The position numbers and the translations under genes were made by a program. A stretch of DNA of 64,000 nucleotides from Candidatus Spongiisociaceae bacterium (GTDB lineage Bacteria; Actinomycetota; Acidimicrobiia; Spongiisociales; Spongiisociaceae), in contig OZ253564.1 in the NCBI GenBank assembly GCA_965262915.1, forward strand, positions 1,824,001-1,888,000, read 5' to 3'. The notes under the pieces were generated by a model, which had not been told where the DNA came from, made no database searches, and saw nothing but the letters and a program-made list of their open reading frames with translations. This document shows, piece by piece, positions 51,429-60,326 of this stretch. Positions within the stretch are counted from its first letter, which is position 1, and the number at the start of each line of letters is the position of its first letter.

Positions 51429-51751
51429 CATTTACGCGCCTGGGGTGTCTAGCACCTGTGGTCGGGTGTCAGGTGTCAGGTGTTAGGGGGGCTGGCGGGG
51501 CGGCAAGGTCCTCGGTCTCTTTAGCCTCTGGCGGTGGCGGGAGACAGGTGCAGGGTGTCTTGAGCCATAGCGGTGACCCGATCAGCCCGTAGTGGCCTCA
51601 GTTCCATCATCCTGGCGCCTAGCAACGGACAACCGCCACCAGCCACGCCTCTTCTCATGGCTACTGACCTGCTCGGAGGGCCCATGGCATTCCGAATGCT
51701 GTCCGGTCGCCCCCTAACACCTAGCACCTAACACCCAACACCTGGCCGGGG

Positions 51752-54460
51752 TTATCCGGTGTTGCGCATGCCTGCCGCGATGCCGTTGATGGTCATCAGC
51801 AGGCCGCGCTGGTACTTGTGGGGGTCACCTGAACGGGAACGCTGTAACAACTCGACCTGCAGCACGTTCAACGGGTCGAGATAGGCGTCTCTTACCGCAA
51901 GCGTGCGGCGCAGGAGCGGGCGATCCGCCAGCAGGTCGGTCCGGGTGACCCGCCGGATAGCGGCGATGGTACGGGCGTACTCCGCGGTGATCATGTCGAA
52001 CAGACTGCGGTGTTCGGCAGGTACCAGGTTGTCCACGTAGTGGCGGGCGATGGACAGGTCGGTCTTGGCCAGGGTCATCTCGACGTTGGAGACGAAGGTC
52101 CGGAAGAAGGGCCATTCTCGGTACATCCGAGCCAGTTCCTCACCGTCCCCGGCCGCGAATGCCGCCTCGAATCCGCTGCCCACCCCGTACCAACCCGGAA
52201 CGATCTGGCGTGACTGCGTCCAACCGAACACCCAGGGGATAGCCCTCAGATTGCTCACGCCGATCTTCTCCCTGTTTCTCCTGGCGGGGCGGGAGCCGAT
52301 GTTGAGGAGGCTCAACTCCTCAACCGGGGTCGATGTCGTGAAGTACTCGACCAGGCCGGGCTTCTCGATGAGCTGACGGTAGGTCCTGAAGGAGGCGGCG
52401 GATACGAGGTCCATTACGCGGTACCACCGTTGAACGTCCTCGATGGCGTGGTCCGGGGTGCGGCGGGCCAGAGATGCCTCGACCAGTGCCGACAGGCCCA
52501 GTTCGAGGTTCTGGGAGGCCAGACCCGCCAGCCCGTACTTGTCGGCGATCACCTCACCCTGCTCGGTGAGCTTGATGACGCCATCGAGGGCCCCGTAGGG
52601 CTGGCTCAGAATGGCGGCGTGGGTGGGTCCCCCACCCCGTCCTATGGATCCTCCCCGTCCGTGGAACACCTCGATGCGAATCCCGGTCCGGCGGGAAAGG
52701 TCGCGGATGGTCAGCAGCGCCTTGTGGATCTCCCACTGGGAAGTGGTGATCCCCCCGTCCTTGTTCGAGTCGGAGTACCCGACCATCACTTCCTGGGCGT
52801 TGCCCCGTAGTCCCAGGAGCCGGCGGTAAGCGCGCACCTCGAACAACTCCCGGAGGATGGGACCGATGGAAGTCAGATCGTCGATCGTCTCGAACAGGGG
52901 GACGAAGCCGAGTCGGGCCACATCCCGGGCCGGATCCACCAGACCGACCTCGCGGGCCAGCAGCACCGGTGCCAGGATGTCGTCCAGCCCACGGGTCATG
53001 GAGATGATGTACGACTCGACGACTTGGTCCCCGTGCGCATCCAGGAGTTGGCGAAGCAGCCGGAACAACTCCAGCGTGTCGTCACCGGGATCGTTGCCCG
53101 GCGGTGCGACCGGACGGGAACCCGACAACTCGTCGACGAGGAACCGCGTTCGCTCGTTGCGGTCGAGGTCGCCGTACTCGATGTCAAGGCAGGCCGTAAG
53201 GGCGGCGATTGCTCGATGGTGGTGGTCGGTGTGCTGGCGGATGTCGAGTGCTGCTAGGTGGAACCCTATCGTCGCTGCCAGACCCCTGGTCCGGGCGAGC
53301 CGGCCTGTGGCCATTAGCAAGCCTCGGTTCTCGCGCAGGGAAGCATCGATGAGAGCCAGGTCAGCGAGTAGTTCCGTCGGGTTGGAGTAGGCGTGGGGAC
53401 CACCGTCGCGCGTGTCCATCAGCCGCGAGCGGATGATCGTCAAGGCCTGACGGTATGGCTCGAGCTCCCTGGCCTCGGACAGCGAATCGCGGTGGGTGTC
53501 CCGGTGCCGGGCGATGAAGTCCACGAGCGCGGCCGACGCGTCAGTCACGGTGGCACTGATGCTCAACTCGGCCGCCAGCTCGGTTATCTCGGCGGTCAGG
53601 ATGTCCAGAGCGGTCCTGCGCTGCTGGTCGAGCACAGTCCGGGTCGTCGCGGGCGTGACGTTCGGGTTTCCGTCCCGGTCGCCTCCCACCCACGAACCGA
53701 ACCGGATCGGGCTATGGTTCCCGTCGAGTTCGCCCCCGATCAGCCGAACCGCTGCTGCGATGTTGTCCAGCAACCCGGGTATAGCCTCGCGGATGGTCTG
53801 TTCGAGGTAGTGGCGGACAAATCGGGCTTCGTCGATCGGGTCCGGTCGCTCGTCGCGTATCTCGTCGGTCTGCCAAATGACCTCTATCAACTCGGCGACC
53901 CGCCTGTCGATCTGTGCCTGGTCGGATGCGGACACCCGGGGGTTGCTCCGGGACGCCGTGGCTTGAGCGATCGCGGTCAGTTTCTCGAGGATGGTAGGTC
54001 GTGTCGCCTCGGTCGGGTGGGCGGTGAAAACCGGCTTCAGGATCGCCCGGTTGACCAGGGCGGCCACTTCGCCTGGTGATATACCCCCTTCTACGAGGGC
54101 GATAAGGCAGTCCTCGAATCCCTGTTCTGGAGTATGCCCCTCGACGTTGAGGTCCTCGACACGATGCACCTGCTCGATGATGTTGGCCAGATGGAAGTAG
54201 ACGGTGAAGGCCCGCACCATCTGCACGGCGAATTCGAGGTCCATGTTCCGGAGAAGCGCGGCCAGTTCATGGGACACCTCCGCCTGTTCGAGCCGTAACC
54301 GGCGCGAGAGGGTCCGCACCCGTTCCACCGAATCGAGCAGCCCACGGCCATGCTGGTGGACCAGCGTGGTGCCCAACTGCCGAGCGAGTCGCCGGATGTC
54401 GGCGCGCAGACCGGCGTCGATTGCATCCAAGGGGTAGATGTGGGCGACAACCTCCGGCAT
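51752..54460 (-). CDS. ppc: Phosphoenolpyruvate carboxylase
   Basis: VFTAHPTE, SWVGGDRDGNP, QEVMVGYSDSNKDGG, FHGRGGSIGRGGGP, LRAIPWVFGWTQSR, MRNTG. Confidence 0.97.
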   Translation of the reverse strand: MPEVVAHIYPLDAIDAGLRADIRRLARQLGTTLVHQHGRGLLDSVERVRTLSRRLRLEQAEVSHELAALLRNMDLEFAVQMVRAFTVYFHLANIIEQVHRVEDLNVEGHTPEQGFEDCLIALVEGGISPGEVAALVNRAILKPVFTAHPTEATRPTILEKLTAIAQATASRSNPRVSASDQAQIDRRVAELIEVIWQTDEIRDERPDPIDEARFVRHYLEQTIREAIPGLLDNIAAAVRLIGGELDGNHSPIRFGSWVGGDRDGNPNVTPATTRTVLDQQRRTALDILTAEITELAAELSISATVTDASAALVDFIARHRDTHRDSLSEARELEPYRQALTIIRSRLMDTRDGGPHAYSNPTELLADLALIDASLRENRGLLMATGRLARTRGLAATIGFHLAALDIRQHTDHHHRAIAALTACLDIEYGDLDRNERTRFLVDELSGSRPVAPPGNDPGDDTLELFRLLRQLLDAHGDQVVESYIISMTRGLDDILAPVLLAREVGLVDPARDVARLGFVPLFETIDDLTSIGPILRELFEVRAYRRLLGLRGNAQEVMVGYSDSNKDGGITTSQWEIHKALLTIRDLSRRTGIRIEVFHGRGGSIGRGGGPTHAAILSQPYGALDGVIKLTEQGEVIADKYGLAGLASQNLELGLSALVEASLARRTPDHAIEDVQRWYRVMDLVSAASFRTYRQLIEKPGLVEYFTTSTPVEELSLLNIGSRPARRNREKIGVSNLRAIPWVFGWTQSRQIVPGWYGVGSGFEAAFAAGDGEELARMYREWPFFRTFVSNVEMTLAKTDLSIARHYVDNLVPAEHRSLFDMITAEYARTIAAIRRVTRTDLLADRPLLRRTLAVRDAYLDPLNVLQVELLQRSRSGDPHKYQRGLLMTINGIAAGMRNTG

Positions 54461-54748
54461 GGTCTCGGAGGGTACTGAAAAAGTCCCGTACAAAGGATTC
54501 GCTTGCTAGCCCACAACTCTCAGATCAAGTGGTTTGCCGACCAGCGAACCCCGCAAGATCCGTTTTTAAGTACCCTCCTCGGACCTTCTCGATTCCTCGG
54601 CCCATGTAGTAGGGGCCAAGTGGGCGATAAGTTTCCACTCCCGGTCGATGATTCCGGCCCGCGGTCGGCCTTCCACTCAATATATTCCGACCTATACAGG
54701 CATACGGTCAAACCGAGATCGAGTAGCGGCAAGGGATCGGGAGGGTAA

Positions 54749-55111
54749 ATGCGGGCATGCCGGACGCTGAGCGATCTCGTGGCGGAGATCGAGGATGGCG
54801 GGGGTCGGGGATCCCGGCACGTTGCCACACGAACGGGCCGAACCACCCCCACGCCGAAAGACAGGGAGGCGTACTCGCTGGGACGGTTGCGCCTGTCGCG
54901 CAACGTCACCCAAACCGAGCTGGGTCGCCGTCTCGGCCGCGCCCAGTCGGCGGTGTCGATCATGGAGAGCAGCGAGGACCATCTGATGTCTACGGTCAGG
55001 TCGGTCGTTGAGAGCCTCGGTGGAAGTATCGAGGTCGCGGCGGTCTTCGGCGATGAGCGGATTCCGATTGCGGTGCCTGTCCGGTCCGGTCGCCCCCCGG
55101 GATCCGGATGA
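54749..55111 (+). CDS. XRE HTH protein (HigA-like antitoxin), probably orphan or degenerate; start uncertain
   Basis: L..LR....VTQ.EL...LG..Q..VS..E...D...ST.R..VE.LGG..E..A.F.D. Confidence 0.7.
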   Translation: MRACRTLSDLVAEIEDGGGRGSRHVATRTGRTTPTPKDREAYSLGRLRLSRNVTQTELGRRLGRAQSAVSIMESSEDHLMSTVRSVVESLGGSIEVAAVFGDERIPIAVPVRSGRPPGSG

Positions 55112-55130
55112 CCCTCGCCCCTTGGAAGGG

Positions 55131-55159
55131 CCGGAGGGCGCCTGACAGGCGCCCTCCGG
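55131..55159. terminator. Stem-loop between convergent genes
   Basis: ccggagggcgcct-gac-aggcgccctccgg, 13-bp perfect stem. Confidence 0.7.
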
Positions 55160-55185
55160 GTAGTTCTTCGGTTGACAGGTTGGAT

Positions 55186-56607
55186 CTAGGCGGCGGCCAT
55201 CGCCTCCGCGATCCACGCGTCCACTTGTGCCTGGTTGTCGGCGATCCACTGCGTGACGAGCGCACCGACATCTTCGCCGGCATCCTGCCTTACGATCTGG
55301 AGCGACACGTCCACGACGTTGAGCTTCACGACCTCGAGCAGCTTGGCGGCTGCCGGGTGATTGGCCAGCATGTCGTGGCGGGCCGAGGCGAGGACATCGG
55401 CTGCCACCCAACCGATGTCGCAGACGCCGTCGTCGGCTGCACTGGGGCAGGAGTCGGCACCGATCGCAGGGGAGATGCCGGGCCGCTGGTCCCACTCTTC
55501 GCCGCCTTCACGGCCGAGAGGGTTGGAGTCGTCGAGCGGGATCTCTACACCGACCCACACGACGTTGTCGCCAGGACGGAGGTCGGTGATGTAGGAACTC
55601 GGGGTCCATGTGTAGGCGACCATCGGTTCGCCGGCGTCTGCCTTGGCAGTAGCCTCGGCGAACATAGCGTCGTAACCTGCGAGTACCTGGTCGATGTTCT
55701 CCCATCCCGAGAACGCGATCTGGCTCTGGATGATGTCGTCACATGTCCAACTCTCCGGACACCCGTAGATGTCGGCAATGCCGTTGCCCGGGTTGGGGTC
55801 TTGGGCGTCGTAGGCGGCGAGAGCGTCAGGGTTGTTGTTGAGATCGTCGAGCGTACTGATGCCGTATTCGGCTGCGAAGGACTTGGTCATCAAGTATCCC
55901 TGCAGGCCGCCGGCGAGCATCATCTCGCCCACCCGGCGTACGTGCTCGCCGACCAGGGAGCCATCAGCCAATTCAGCCGCTAGCCAGCTGTTGTGGCCCG
56001 GGTACCAGCTGTTGACCCAGAAGTCGGCCTCGCCCTGGGCCATTGCCAGGTAGGCCAGGTTGGGACCCAACTCGAGATCGGACGGATCGCTCACCTCGTA
56101 CCCCAGCATCTGCATGAGCTGCCGGACGAGTTCGGCCTGGAAGTAGCCGGTCGACCAGTTGGCGCGGGCCATCGTCAAGCTGACGCCCTCGCCGGGAAGC
56201 ATCATGGCTGCCGCTTCCATCTTGGCCGCTTCCTCGGCTGCCATGGCCTCGGCTTCTGCCGCTGCTGCGGCGGCCTCGTCCATCATGGCTTGGGCCTCGT
56301 CCATCATGGCCTGGGCCTCGGCTTGCGCCTCGTCCATCATGGCCTGGTCCTCGTCGGACATGGCCTCGGCCTCGTCGGACATGGCCTCGGCTTCTGCCGC
56401 TGCGGCGGTGGCCTCGTCCATCATGGCTTGGGCCTCGTCGATCATGGCTTGGGCCTCTTCCATCGCGGAGTTGTCCACCATGGCTTGCGTTGTGGGGGGT
56501 GCCGTCGTGGCCGGCGGCTGGGTGGTTTGCGGCTCATCGTCTCCGCATGCAGCAGCCACCAGAGTGAGGACTGCCAGCACCGCGATGATCCTGGTACTGA
56601 GTTTCAT
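55186..56607 (-). CDS. Glycine betaine/carnitine-type ABC substrate-binding lipoprotein (ProX-like)
   Basis: Lipobox VAAAC, EAQAMMD repeats, ARANWSTGYFQA, GCP.SW.C, YTWTPS. Confidence 0.88.
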   Translation of the reverse strand: MKLSTRIIAVLAVLTLVAAACGDDEPQTTQPPATTAPPTTQAMVDNSAMEEAQAMIDEAQAMMDEATAAAAEAEAMSDEAEAMSDEDQAMMDEAQAEAQAMMDEAQAMMDEAAAAAAEAEAMAAEEAAKMEAAAMMLPGEGVSLTMARANWSTGYFQAELVRQLMQMLGYEVSDPSDLELGPNLAYLAMAQGEADFWVNSWYPGHNSWLAAELADGSLVGEHVRRVGEMMLAGGLQGYLMTKSFAAEYGISTLDDLNNNPDALAAYDAQDPNPGNGIADIYGCPESWTCDDIIQSQIAFSGWENIDQVLAGYDAMFAEATAKADAGEPMVAYTWTPSSYITDLRPGDNVVWVGVEIPLDDSNPLGREGGEEWDQRPGISPAIGADSCPSAADDGVCDIGWVAADVLASARHDMLANHPAAAKLLEVVKLNVVDVSLQIVRQDAGEDVGALVTQWIADNQAQVDAWIAEAMAAA

Positions 56608-56686
56608 AGTACTCCTTATCTTCTCTAATTGTGCACAGAGGGCTACATGAGAGCCCGAGCGCTTGACCTTTGGGGGAATGGGATGC

Positions 56687-58855
56687 TCACATAAGCACCT
56701 CGACCATTGCCTCGGTAGTGGCATCTGCCGTGGCAACCTCACCGAGCGGATCGCCGTACACCTTGGATCGCCGGAATTCCTTGAGTACGGCCATAGTGGA
56801 AGCCAGAATGAACAGTCCACTGACCATGGTGAGGAAGACTCCGATTCCGGTCAGGAACTGCATGTCGCCGGAGCGAACATGCGTGAATATCCATGCGAAG
56901 GCGATGCATGTCACACCGCTTCCCAACCCGGCGGTCGCTGTGCTCCATCGCCACCTCCACTGCTCGTCGCCGCCGAATACTCCCGCGGCGGGAAGGCCGG
57001 TCAACATGGCCAACAGGCCAGCAATCAGTGTCCAGAGGCCGAGCTGCGGGCCGGTGTTCGTAAGACCGTTGGTGAACGACGGTTGCCTGGATTGGGCCTC
57101 CAAGACAAGGAGATCGGCCGCGTATACGGCTTGATTCTCCGGATCCTCATCGGCCCTGCGCTTGAGTTCCTCGATCTCCATGGTCCGCGCTTCGGCTCCT
57201 GCCAGCACCTCGGGTGTAAGAGCTCGATCTGGACGGCTGTCAGCACTCCAAGCAGAGAATACGCCGAGAAGGAGAGTGAGGATTGCGATCCCCAGGCCAA
57301 TGATCCTCCCCCAGTGTATTCCCAACGGAAGCGGGTGGAGTGGCGAGTGCTTTGCGGCCCTCATCCACAGAATCGCTCCGATCGAGGCGATTAGCCCTCC
57401 TGCAATCGCAAGGTACACACCGATGCCGTGGCCGGGATCCACGGCGCCAGTCGCGATTCCGGCGTCGGTCACCGACTGGGCCAGTAAATGAGCGGACGCG
57501 ATAACCAGTGTGGCGATTGCTGCAATGACTGCCCCGTCGGCTGCTAGCCATCGGGGCGCTCGGCCCGGTCGGGCGCCAAAGGCTATCACCGTAAGTATTA
57601 CGAACAGACCCAGCGCCAATAGCGTGATACCGAACCAGGATCCTCCGGAGGCCGACAGTCCGTTGAAGACCTGACCATCAAGTTCACCTTCGACAGAAGC
57701 GTCCACCCACCTTCCCCACGCGCTGATCTTGCCGGCATTCGATGTCCACGGGAGGAAAGTGCTCACCACTGTTGCCAGGCCCCCGATAAGCGCCAGTAAC
57801 ATCGGGAGACGTTCGCCGGTGGAGACCGGCGCGTACTCCTCGGCTTCCTGGTACTTGACGACGGCCGATGGTTCGGTATCGGGGAGCAGCATCTCAGGAT
57901 CCCGGCGATGTTTCCAAGCCAGTTGGACCCGTTTGAACAGGTTGATGGACTCGGTGCCCTCGCGCTGCGACATCCGGTCGAGCACGACTGCTACCAGAAA
58001 GAAGGCCAGGCCCCCCGCCGCGCCTTCGCCGACATCCTGGTTGTTTATCGCCCGTAACAACACGCGCCCGAGACCGAACGAACCCATGATCGCGGCGACG
58101 CCGAGCATCGAGATGGCCAGCAGGAGGGTCTGGTTGATGCCGGTCATGATGGCGGGCCGGGCGAGTGGGATTTGAACGTCGAAGAGGACGCGGGCCTCCG
58201 AGGCGCCGTAGGCGCGGGAAGCCTCGACGACATCGGAGGGTACCTGCCGGATTCCCAGGTTGGTCAGGCGGATCAATGGAGGGAGGGCGTACACCATCGT
58301 CACCATCGTGGCTGAGACCTCGCCGAGTCCGAAGAACCAGATGAAAGGCAACATGTAGACGAAGGAATGGACCACCTGCATAGCGTCGAGGATTGGTCGC
58401 GTGACCTGCCAGACGCTGTCTACCCGACCACAGGCGATACCGACCGGAACCCCGATCAATACGCAGAGGATGACCGCCACGCCGATGAGACCGATCGTGG
58501 CAGCGGTCTCTCTCCAGAATGCGTCGTCCAGCAATCCGCAGAGCGTTAAGGCCACAGCTACGAAGGCAGCAACCTTCAAATTACGGGTGAGCCAGGCTAC
58601 CAACGCCATCGCCAGTACGATCCAGACCCACGAGATCTCGATCAGGAAGTCGCGGACCAGATTGCGGACCATGATCTCGAATGGCCAGGCCAATATGTCG
58701 AGCAGAACCTCGAGATTGACCGCTATCCACCTGGTTGCCTGTTCCATCCAATCCCCGAAGGGGACCTTCCACTCGTCGAGGACGGCGTTCTCCCAGATCG
58801 GTATACGTTCCGACGCTTGAGCGAGGATTGCGATGACGGGAGTCGGTATGGTCAC
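56687..58855 (-). CDS. ProW-like ABC permease with a long C-terminal membrane extension
   Basis: PILDAMQ..HSFVY..P, PPLIRLTNLGIRQV...VVEASRAYGA, QIPLARPAIM.G.NQ; ~400 extra residues. Confidence 0.9.
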   Translation of the reverse strand: MTIPTPVIAILAQASERIPIWENAVLDEWKVPFGDWMEQATRWIAVNLEVLLDILAWPFEIMVRNLVRDFLIEISWVWIVLAMALVAWLTRNLKVAAFVAVALTLCGLLDDAFWRETAATIGLIGVAVILCVLIGVPVGIACGRVDSVWQVTRPILDAMQVVHSFVYMLPFIWFFGLGEVSATMVTMVYALPPLIRLTNLGIRQVPSDVVEASRAYGASEARVLFDVQIPLARPAIMTGINQTLLLAISMLGVAAIMGSFGLGRVLLRAINNQDVGEGAAGGLAFFLVAVVLDRMSQREGTESINLFKRVQLAWKHRRDPEMLLPDTEPSAVVKYQEAEEYAPVSTGERLPMLLALIGGLATVVSTFLPWTSNAGKISAWGRWVDASVEGELDGQVFNGLSASGGSWFGITLLALGLFVILTVIAFGARPGRAPRWLAADGAVIAAIATLVIASAHLLAQSVTDAGIATGAVDPGHGIGVYLAIAGGLIASIGAILWMRAAKHSPLHPLPLGIHWGRIIGLGIAILTLLLGVFSAWSADSRPDRALTPEVLAGAEARTMEIEELKRRADEDPENQAVYAADLLVLEAQSRQPSFTNGLTNTGPQLGLWTLIAGLLAMLTGLPAAGVFGGDEQWRWRWSTATAGLGSGVTCIAFAWIFTHVRSGDMQFLTGIGVFLTMVSGLFILASTMAVLKEFRRSKVYGDPLGEVATADATTEAMVEVLM

Positions 58856-60075
58856 AGGTAGGTTTCTCGTTCGAACCCGTCGATGAGTTGTTCGACCCGT
58901 CCCATTTCTTCCATGATCAGGCGTGGATCCAGGTTGCCTACGAGGCGGCCGTCGTTGTCTACGACGGCGATCGGTAGCCCGCGTCCGGCGGCTGCGTAGA
59001 CGGTGTTGAGGGTGGTCTCCGGTGTGGTCGTTTCGAAATCGGTTCGGAGAGCGACGGACATGTTGACCGAGCCCATGCTTGCTACCCGGACGCAGTCCGC
59101 GATGGTCAGCAGCCCCGTGGGGCGCCCGCTGCCATCGCAGGCGAAGGCTCCGGCCCGGTCACCGATGTGGTCGAAGGCTTCGGCCAGCGACAGGTCGGGA
59201 TCGACCGGTTTTGGAGCCGACATGACCTCGGAGCATTCGATGACGCGTCCCTGGTCTACGTCCTGCACGAACTCGGCTACGTAGGCGGTGGCGGGTTCGG
59301 TGAGTATCTCGTCGGGGGTTCCGATCTGGACCACTGCCCCGTCCCGCATGATGCATACGCGGTCGCCGATTCGCAGGGCCTCGTTGAGGTCGTGGGTGAT
59401 GAACAGGATCGTCTTGCGGAGTTCGTCCTGGATGTCCATCAACTCGTCCTGCATCTGGCGGCGGATGAGGGGGTCGAGGGCCGAAAACGCCTCGTCCATC
59501 AGCAGGATGTCGGGATCGGTGGCCAAGGCCCGAGCCAGTCCGACCCGTTGCTGCATCCCGCCTGACAGTTCGCGCGGGACGTTGCGCGCGTACGGTTCGA
59601 GACCCACCAACGACAGGGCCTTCATCGCGGCGGCGTCCCGGTCTTCCTTGCCGACTCCCTGGACCTTGAGCCCGTAGCCCACGTTGTCGATCACGTTGCG
59701 GTGGGGGAAGAGGGCGAAGTGCTGGAACACCATTCCCATCTTCTCGCGGCGGAAGGCTTGGAGTTGGGCGCCCTGCAACGACTGGACATCGGTTCCGTCG
59801 ACCCACGCTTGGCCGGCTGTAGCTTCGAAGAGCTTGTTCACCGTACGAAGAGCAGTGGACTTCCCAGAGCCGGAGAGGCCCATCACCACGAATATTTCGC
59901 CTTGGGACACAGAGAAGTTGACGTCCCTGATGCCTATCACATGGCCTGACTGCCGCTGGACCTCGTCCTTGCTCACACCCGCCCGAGCGAGGTCAAAAGC
60001 TCGGCCGTGCGGTTGGGGACCGAAGATCTTGTAGACGTTCTCAAGGCGTATCAGTTCGTTGCTGGCATCCGCCAC
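58852..60075 (-). CDS. proV: ProV-like ABC ATPase with CBS domains
   Basis: MGLSGSGKS, LSGGMQQRVGLARAL, LMDEAFSALDPLIR; GTG start with GGAGGA SD. Confidence 0.92.
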   Translation of the reverse strand: MADASNELIRLENVYKIFGPQPHGRAFDLARAGVSKDEVQRQSGHVIGIRDVNFSVSQGEIFVVMGLSGSGKSTALRTVNKLFEATAGQAWVDGTDVQSLQGAQLQAFRREKMGMVFQHFALFPHRNVIDNVGYGLKVQGVGKEDRDAAAMKALSLVGLEPYARNVPRELSGGMQQRVGLARALATDPDILLMDEAFSALDPLIRRQMQDELMDIQDELRKTILFITHDLNEALRIGDRVCIMRDGAVVQIGTPDEILTEPATAYVAEFVQDVDQGRVIECSEVMSAPKPVDPDLSLAEAFDHIGDRAGAFACDGSGRPTGLLTIADCVRVASMGSVNMSVALRTDFETTTPETTLNTVYAAAGRGLPIAVVDNDGRLVGNLDPRLIMEEMGRVEQLIDGFERETYL

Positions 60076-60271
60076 TGCCGTTCCTCCCCATGGCTTGTCC
60101 TCTTTGAGCCGTGCCGCAGGAACCTGTGGGTTGCCCAAGCCTCTTCCGATGACCTTAGTAGGGGTTTATGAGGCTCCGCCGGGCCAACTACTACTCTCTG
60201 TTTCACGATACGGGACCGTTCCGCATCGTAGCACAGAGCCGAGTGGCGTGACTGCTCGACCAGCTCCTATA

Positions 60272-60302
60272 AGGAGGGGTGCCCGTTTGGGGCACCCCTC
60301 CT
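60272..60302 (-). terminator. Stem-loop after the tandem-domain proX-like gene
   Basis: aggaggggtgccc-gtttg-gggcacccctcct. Confidence 0.65.
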
Positions 60303-60326
60303 CCGTTTCGGTAGCCTGTCGTCGGG

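Larger units (their letters stand above)
49956..51450 (+). mobile_element. IS110-family element, copy 2
   Basis: ctgacac-CT-aatggggg ... ggggtgt-CT-agcac; duplicated CT core, no TIRs. Confidence 0.92.
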
